Positions 58,561 through 64,000 of a stretch of DNA of 64,000 nt are shown piece by piece. The DNA comes from Vicinamibacterales bacterium (lineage in GTDB: Bacteria; Acidobacteriota; Vicinamibacteria; Vicinamibacterales; JAMQPK01). Position 1 is the first letter of the stretch. Each line of letters begins with the position of its first letter. The stretch lies in NCBI GenBank assembly GCA_963784045.1, contig CAWAPZ010000005.1, positions 330,433-394,432 of the forward strand, read 5' to 3'. Under the pieces are notes generated by a model. That model searched no databases. It was not told where the DNA came from and saw only the letters and a list, made by a program, of their open reading frames with translations. A program made the position numbers and the translations under genes.

Positions 58561-59572
58561 TTAACTTTTGAGTGCTTTCAGCAGGCGTTCCAAGGATTGT
58601 TGATAGGCGTCATGATTCTTCCAATCGCTAAAATCAGGCACGAAATATTCGCGGATTCGCTTGGCCGAATCATCGCCAATGTCAGCGTCAAATTGCTCCC
58701 AGTCACGGATGAGCGTGAATGGCACAAGCGTAATCGGAAACAAGACATTGCGCCCAACGGCGATTTCCTTCTGACGCGCCTTCGAGATTTCCGTACCGAC
58801 CCAGCGGCTGCTCATGCTCTCGTGAGACAAGATCAGCAACAGGCGGTCGTAGATTCTGATGGCCTCGTCGACCTGATCATGAATCCGCTTACCGCCGAGC
58901 ATGTCGTGCGCGGCGAACCAGCAGCGCACGCCATGATTTTGCAGGTCAGCATGCAGGCGATCCGCGAAGTCCTGATTGGCGGTGGAGTAAGAAATAAAGC
59001 ACGAGTAGAACTGAATTGGACCGGACTCCAGCAAGGATGGCACGTGGTCGATTAATCGGTCGGACAGGCCGCAGCCGCGCAGAAACTGGCGAGGCAGCGA
59101 CGACACCGACTTGAGCAGTGTGCGATGGTCAATGACGCTTGGCCCCAAGTGCCGGCAGGAATCGAGCCCGACGGCATTGGTGAAGTCGACATCTGCGAGG
59201 ACCGTCTCAAACATTTTCGCTGCATTGAGGATCGAATCTCTCAGGTTCGCCCGGGTCAGGTTCGCGCGGATGAGACGCGTCGATTAGGTTTGCGCCAGTC
59301 AGTTGCGCGCGGCCTAGGTGCGTGCCGTCCAGGGGCGCGGCCGTCAGGTCCGCGTCGGTCAGATCCGCATCGCTCAGGTGCGCGCCCGTCAGGTCCGCCT
59401 CACTCAGGTTCGCGCCGCTCAGCTTCGAGCCTCTCAGGTTCGCTTCGCGCAGGTCCACGCGGAGCACGTCTGCGCGGATCTGGTGCGCGACAATCTCGCG
59501 ATTCTCGGCCCTCCACTCGTTCCATTTGGCCACGTCTTTTCGGAGAAGCGCGACGTGCTGCTCATTCGCCAC
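58561..59572 (-). pseudogene. Pentapeptide-repeat + TIR_2 domain protein, frameshifted at ~59275
   Basis: MANEQH...WNEWR, A(D/N)Lxx repeats continuing across the frameshift; FYSCFISYS, CWFA, SRWVGTE TIR motifs. Confidence 0.85.
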
Positions 59573-59888
59573 AGGCGAGAGAGTTTAGTCCACGAAAGCG
59601 ACGATTCGTGCGTCCGCTGCTAGGAAAGAAGCGGTTGCTTAGAGCGATTGTCGACATGACGGATACCATCATCGCCAAGTTCTGTACTCGACCAGGGCCT
59701 AAAGGGCGGGTCTAAATCCGGGGGCGTCTGCAGCTCTGGCGCCCGCGGCATGATCGTTCATGTGACTTGGGGCAATGAGTGCCTCCTTCGGGTGTTACGG
59801 CTTCCGGCCGGCGTTGCCTACGCGTAATCAGCGCCCTCTTGTTTGATTCCCGAGCGGTTCCATTCCTATCGGGCTCGCCGATGCTGGG

Positions 59889-59975
59889 CTGCATAACTCG
59901 CTACAGCGCAACAAGGCAGGACCTGTCCACCTAGGCGCAATACGCGCCGCGCTGGGCCGGGGAGGTGTTATGCAG
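59889..59975. repeat. attC-like inverted-end hairpin
   Basis: ctgcataac...gttatgcag 9-bp terminal inverted repeat with internal cagcgc/gcgctg. Confidence 0.4.
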
Positions 59976-60245
59976 ATCGGTCTAATCCGCCATCGTCGGA
60001 GGACGTGAAGTTGAACAAGTCCCCTGCGACGAAGAATTTCTGTGACATTTCCTGCGAAGCCGCTTTGGCATTATGCTGCGAACCTTGCGGGGTCAGCCGA
60101 GACTTGCCGGTCGGCCTACTACTAGTCGGGCGGACAAATTGATCGGGGCGATTCGTTCGAACTACCTTGTCTACGCCCCGCAAGATCCATTGATGTCAAT
60201 CGCTCGAGTCCGACTCTTTACAATCTCAATGCTACAGGCGTTCCG

Positions 60246-61172
60246 TTGAATGCGCTTTTCGAAAAATTGGACCGTGGACTCACCGGGATTCGTCTCTACG
60301 GAATCGCGCCGCCGAAGCTAGCGTCGGACGCCGAGCGGCTGCGTGAGATCGCGGCTCAACAGGTAGCCCGACTTCGTATGCTCGCGCCTGAAGGCTTGGT
60401 CGTCTATGACATCCAGGACGAGCCGGGACGCAGTGGCCAAGCACGCCCGTTCCCGTTCCTACCCACCGTCGACCCTGAGGTGTACGCGTACGACGCGCTT
60501 GCCGAGCTCGCGATTCCGAAGATTGTGTACCGGTGCGTGGGCGCGCATCCGCGAGAAGTGTTCTCGAGTTGGATCGACACGGTGCGGGCAGCGGCCGGCC
60601 GGCGCCTCAGCGTCTTCGTCGGCGCACCACGTGGTCGGTCCGGCAGCCCGCGGTTGCCACTCGCCGAGGCGTATGCGCTCGCGCGCGCTGCTCCCAACCT
60701 GGTCCTCGGCGGAATCGCCATAGCGGAGAGGCACGTCGCGAAAGAGGATGAGCACGAGCGGATGATCGCCAAGCAGGACCACGGCTGCCGCTTCTTCATC
60801 ACGCAATCGGTGTACGATGCCGCTTCCACAAAGTCATTACTCTCCGACTACGCCCTGTCATTGCAGGCGTGCGGACGCTCGCCCGCCCCTGTAGCGCTCA
60901 CGTTCTCGCCGTGCGGTTCGGTGCGCACGCTCGAATTCATGAAGTGGCTCGGCATCTCGTTCCCGCGATGGCTCGAGAACGAGCTGCGCCATTCTGCGGA
61001 CACGCTGGAGCGCTCTATCGACCTGTGCGAGAGCGTATTCACCGACGTGCAGGACTACGCGCGTGAAAAGCAGTTGCCAATCGGCATCAACGTCGAGAGC
61101 GTCTCCATTCGAAAGTCGGAGATCGACGCGTCAGTGGAACTCTATCGGCGATTGAGCTCGCGACTCGGGTAA
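60246..61172 (+). CDS. Methylenetetrahydrofolate-reductase-like FAD-linked protein
   Basis: YDIQDE...RPFPF, GGIAIAERH, GCRFFITQSVYD, FMKWLG, NVESVSIRKSE. Confidence 0.75.
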   Translation: MNALFEKLDRGLTGIRLYGIAPPKLASDAERLREIAAQQVARLRMLAPEGLVVYDIQDEPGRSGQARPFPFLPTVDPEVYAYDALAELAIPKIVYRCVGAHPREVFSSWIDTVRAAAGRRLSVFVGAPRGRSGSPRLPLAEAYALARAAPNLVLGGIAIAERHVAKEDEHERMIAKQDHGCRFFITQSVYDAASTKSLLSDYALSLQACGRSPAPVALTFSPCGSVRTLEFMKWLGISFPRWLENELRHSADTLERSIDLCESVFTDVQDYAREKQLPIGINVESVSIRKSEIDASVELYRRLSSRLG

Positions 61173-61188
61173 AGGTAACTATTCGGAC

Positions 61189-61345
61189 GGATCGATCTGC
61201 TCTTTCAAGCGACGACTGACGCGACCGAGGAAGCCGTGGTCAACGCGATGCTCGTGGCACAAACGATGACGGGCGAGGACGGTATCCGCGCCTTTGGCTT
61301 GCCTGGCGATCGCGTCGTTGAGGTGTTGAGGAAATACAACCGAGA
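61189..61345 (+). pseudogene. C-terminal fragment of a P1/DmpA (S58) aminopeptidase
   Basis: IDLLFQATTDATEEAVVNAMLVAQTMTG...VEVLRKYNR. Confidence 0.7.
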
Positions 61346-61371
61346 TGAGGTGGCGCAAGCGGAGCGTCGCG

Positions 61372-61432
61372 GGCTAACGTGCCGTTGGAGCGCGCCGCTG
61401 AAAAGCGACCGCTCAACCGCAGATCGTTAGGT
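61372..61432 (+). repeat. attC-like integron cassette recombination site
   Basis: GGCTAAC (R'') ... GTTGGAGCG/CGCTCAAC (L boxes with bulge) ... GTTAGGT (R'). Confidence 0.55.
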
Positions 61433-61693
61433 CCTCATAAACGATGTGTTTAGCATTGCTTGCACCGAGACAGGTTGGCATCTGCGCTCAACTCCTATCG
61501 GAGCGCCTCGAGCCTACGTAGCCAGATGGCGATCTGGTCCAATTGACGAACGTTTGGCTCACCAGCCTCTGCTCGTGACCCGCGAAGGTTCCCCGGCGAA
61601 GCGTCGTAAGTGGCCCTCGTACGGTCTGTCACAGCGGGCAACGTTCCGGACGGTGCGTTCGTCTAAGAGCCGATTATGGTCTTCCCTCACCTC

Positions 61694-64000
61694 CTCCAGG
61701 ATCTCCGTTACTCCTTTCGAAGCATGCGCCGCAACACCGGCTTCGCCATCTTTGCCATCCTGATCGCCGGGCTTGGTGTTGGCGCCAGCGCCACCGTCTT
61801 CAGCGTGGTCAACACGCTGCTCCTGCGGCCACTCCCCTTCGAGAAGCCCTCCGAGCTGGTGTGGATTGCCAATCGCGACCTCCCCGACCTCTCCGGCCAG
61901 ACGACGCAGGTGGGGTACTTGCTGGACCTGCGAGAGAGAGCCCAGACCCTGTCCGCCGTTGCCGGCTACTTCGCCTTCTACGGCGTGGGTGACAATCTCC
62001 TGAGCGGCCGAGGCGAGCCCGAGCGGCTGAGCGGCGTGCCCGTGTCGGAGAATTTTTTCGACGTGCTCGGCGTGAAGCCCCTGCTGGGCCGCGCGTTCAC
62101 TGCCCAGGAGAGCGCATGGAACGGCCCGAAGGTCGTGATGCTCGGCTACGCTCTGTGGGAGCGCCGCTTCAACCGCGATCCCACGATCGTCGGCACGTCG
62201 CTCGTCATCAACGACACGGCGCACACGGTGGTGGGCGTGCTCCCGGCGTCGTTCGACTTCGCGACCATCTTCGCGCCGGGCAGCCGCTTCGACCTCTACT
62301 TTCCATTCGCGCTCAGCCCCGAGACCAATCGCTGGGGCAACACGATGGCGATGATTGGCCGGCTGAAGCCCGGTGCGACGGCGGCCAATGCGCACGCCGA
62401 AGTCCGCGTGCTTGCGCAGCTGATGAGGCGTGAGCATCCGGAGCGCAACGGCTTCGAGGGCATCGTCAAGCCGTTGTCCCAGCACGTCAGCGGCAACATT
62501 CGGCCTTCCGTCCTGGTGCTCGCCGGCGCTGTGGGGATGGTCATGCTGATCGTCTGCGCCAACCTGTCGAACCTACTGCTCGCACGCACGGCGGCACGAC
62601 AGAAGGAAATCGCGATCCGAACGGCGCTCGGCGCCGGTCGGAAGCGACTGCTCGCTCAGATGCTCACTGAAGGCCTCGTCCTCTCGTCCGGAGGCGCCGT
62701 CCTCGGTCTCGCGCTCGCGGTCGCCAGCACGCGACTGCTGACCCAGCTCGATGCGGTTAGCATCCCGCTGTTGCGCGACGTGCATACTGACGTGGCCGCA
62801 CTCGTGTTCACCATAGGTGTCACGCTCATTACGGGCGTCGTCTTCGGCCTGGCGCCGGCGCTGCAGGCGTCGGGGGCCGATATGACGGGCGCGCTGAAGG
62901 ACGCGAGCCGCGGATCTACCGAGGGCCAAAAACGGGCCCTCGTACGCAACGCGCTGGTGGTGTCGGAGATAGCATTCGCCTGCGTCCTGCTGGTCGGCGC
63001 CGGCCTCTTGATCCGCAGTCTCGTTAGCGTGCTGGAAGTCGAGATGGGCTTCGACCCGGCGCGCACGGCCACGATCCGGGTCGATCCCGACAGCCGAGTC
63101 ACGCAGGCTCAGCGCCTCGCGCATATGGACGAGGTCATGCGGCGTGTCGGCCAGGCACCGGGCATCGGTCACGCGGCCATCACCGACACACTGCCCTTCG
63201 GGCGCAACCGCACCTGGGGCGCGGGGGCCAAAGGGGTGACTTACGAGCGCGGCAAGTACCCGCTGGCGTTCGTGCGGCTGGTCAGCGAAGGCTACCCCGC
63301 AGCCATGGGCATCCCGTTCCTGGCCGGGCGCGACTTCTCGGCAAGCGACACGACCGGCACAGAACCAGTGATGCTGGTCAACAAGACCCTCGCGGAGGCG
63401 CTCTGGCCGGGTGAGGATCCGATTGGCAGGTACGTTGCCGGGCCGTGCGCCAAGGAACGCCGTGTGGTCGGCGTTGTCAGCGACGTGCGGCATCTGTCGC
63501 TGGAGCAGCCGTCGGGTAACGAGATGTACATTCCGGCGCGCCAGTGTGACGACATGGCCGGATCGTACCTGGTCGTGCGCTCGACTCTACCGCCCGCTCA
63601 GGTGGCGACGACGCTGCGCGCCGCGCTCATCCCGATTGCGCGCCAACCTTGCCAGCAACGACTTCCGCACGCTCCAGCAGATCGTGGATCGGTCGGTTTC
63701 GCCGCGGCGCTTTACGGTGCTTCTGCTGGGGGGCTTTGCCGTGTTCGCGCTGATCCTGGCATCCCTCGGCATCTATGCGCTGATCTCGTACTCCGTCGCC
63801 CAGCGCACACAGGAGATCGGGATTCGCATGGCGCTCGGGGCCTCGGCGCGCGACGTGCAGGCGCGCATCATCGGGCAGACGCTTCGCCTGGCGCTGATTG
63901 GCCTCGTGATTGGCGCCGGCGCTTCCCTGCTGCTAGCCCGCAGCGCTTCGGGGCTGCTCTTCGGCGTGACCGCGGGCGATCCGCAGACGTTCGTCGGCAT
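61694..64000 (+). CDS. ADOP-family (MacB/FtsX duplicated) ABC permease; N-terminus damaged, +1 frameshift at ~63641, runs off the window
   Basis: LLQDLRYSFRSMRRNTGF, VVNTLLLRPLPF, LIVCANLSNLLLAR, EIAIRTALGA, QRTQEIGIRMALGA; absent from the ORF track, apparently because the shifted frame has no stop. Confidence 0.88.

Noticed and set aside
59280-59460. 15-bp periodic repeats (caggttcgcgcc/gtcaggtccgc) as a possible CRISPR or DNA repeat
   Set aside because: They encode pentapeptide repeats; there are no unique spacers.
62573-64000. Minus-strand ORFs at the window end
   Set aside because: Antisense to the ADOP permease on the plus strand.

Overview
GC-rich bacterial chromosome segment. The gene content points to an Acidobacteriota, probably Vicinamibacterales-like, organism (inference from an ADOP permease, acidobacterial PadR, an Oar-type TonB receptor and GTAG/GGGGTCTGACCCC palindromes). 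The first ~36 kb is mostly housekeeping and metabolism: pssA-psd, rimI-tsaB, mutS (split by a frameshift inside a palindromic insertion), ABC SBP, deoxyhypusine synthase-like + agmatinase, two-component systems, PilT, tRNA-Arg(CCT), dinB, apt, acyP, NHL proteins, GH13, surE, rmlC and a Ser/Thr kinase. The most striking locus (42.4-48.2 kb) is a mostly translationally coupled four-gene operon: alpha/beta-hydrolase, caspase-like C14 protease, an uncharacterised partner and a HEXXH metallopeptidase-like protein. A divergent CRR6-like gene sits next to it, and a decayed PIN-toxin gene and an IS integrase scar bracket it. The hydrolase carries two near-identical V-x-A-L-G-G-G motifs flanking a ~109-aa insert, which suggests a caspase-activated zymogen in a defence or cell-death system. 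48-57 kb holds an extracytoplasmic phosphate/metal cluster: two-component system, kinase-like lipoprotein, beta-propeller, signal-peptide pyrophosphatase, alkaline phosphatase, two paralogous unknown proteins and a yybP-ykoY riboswitch-controlled TerC. 57-64 kb is a decaying accessory zone with an integrase remnant, a frameshifted pentapeptide-TIR gene, attC-like hairpins, gene fragments and an ADOP permease. Several small indels could be assembly errors or reflect a real mismatch-repair defect. All calls come from motif recognition by eye; no database searches were run.
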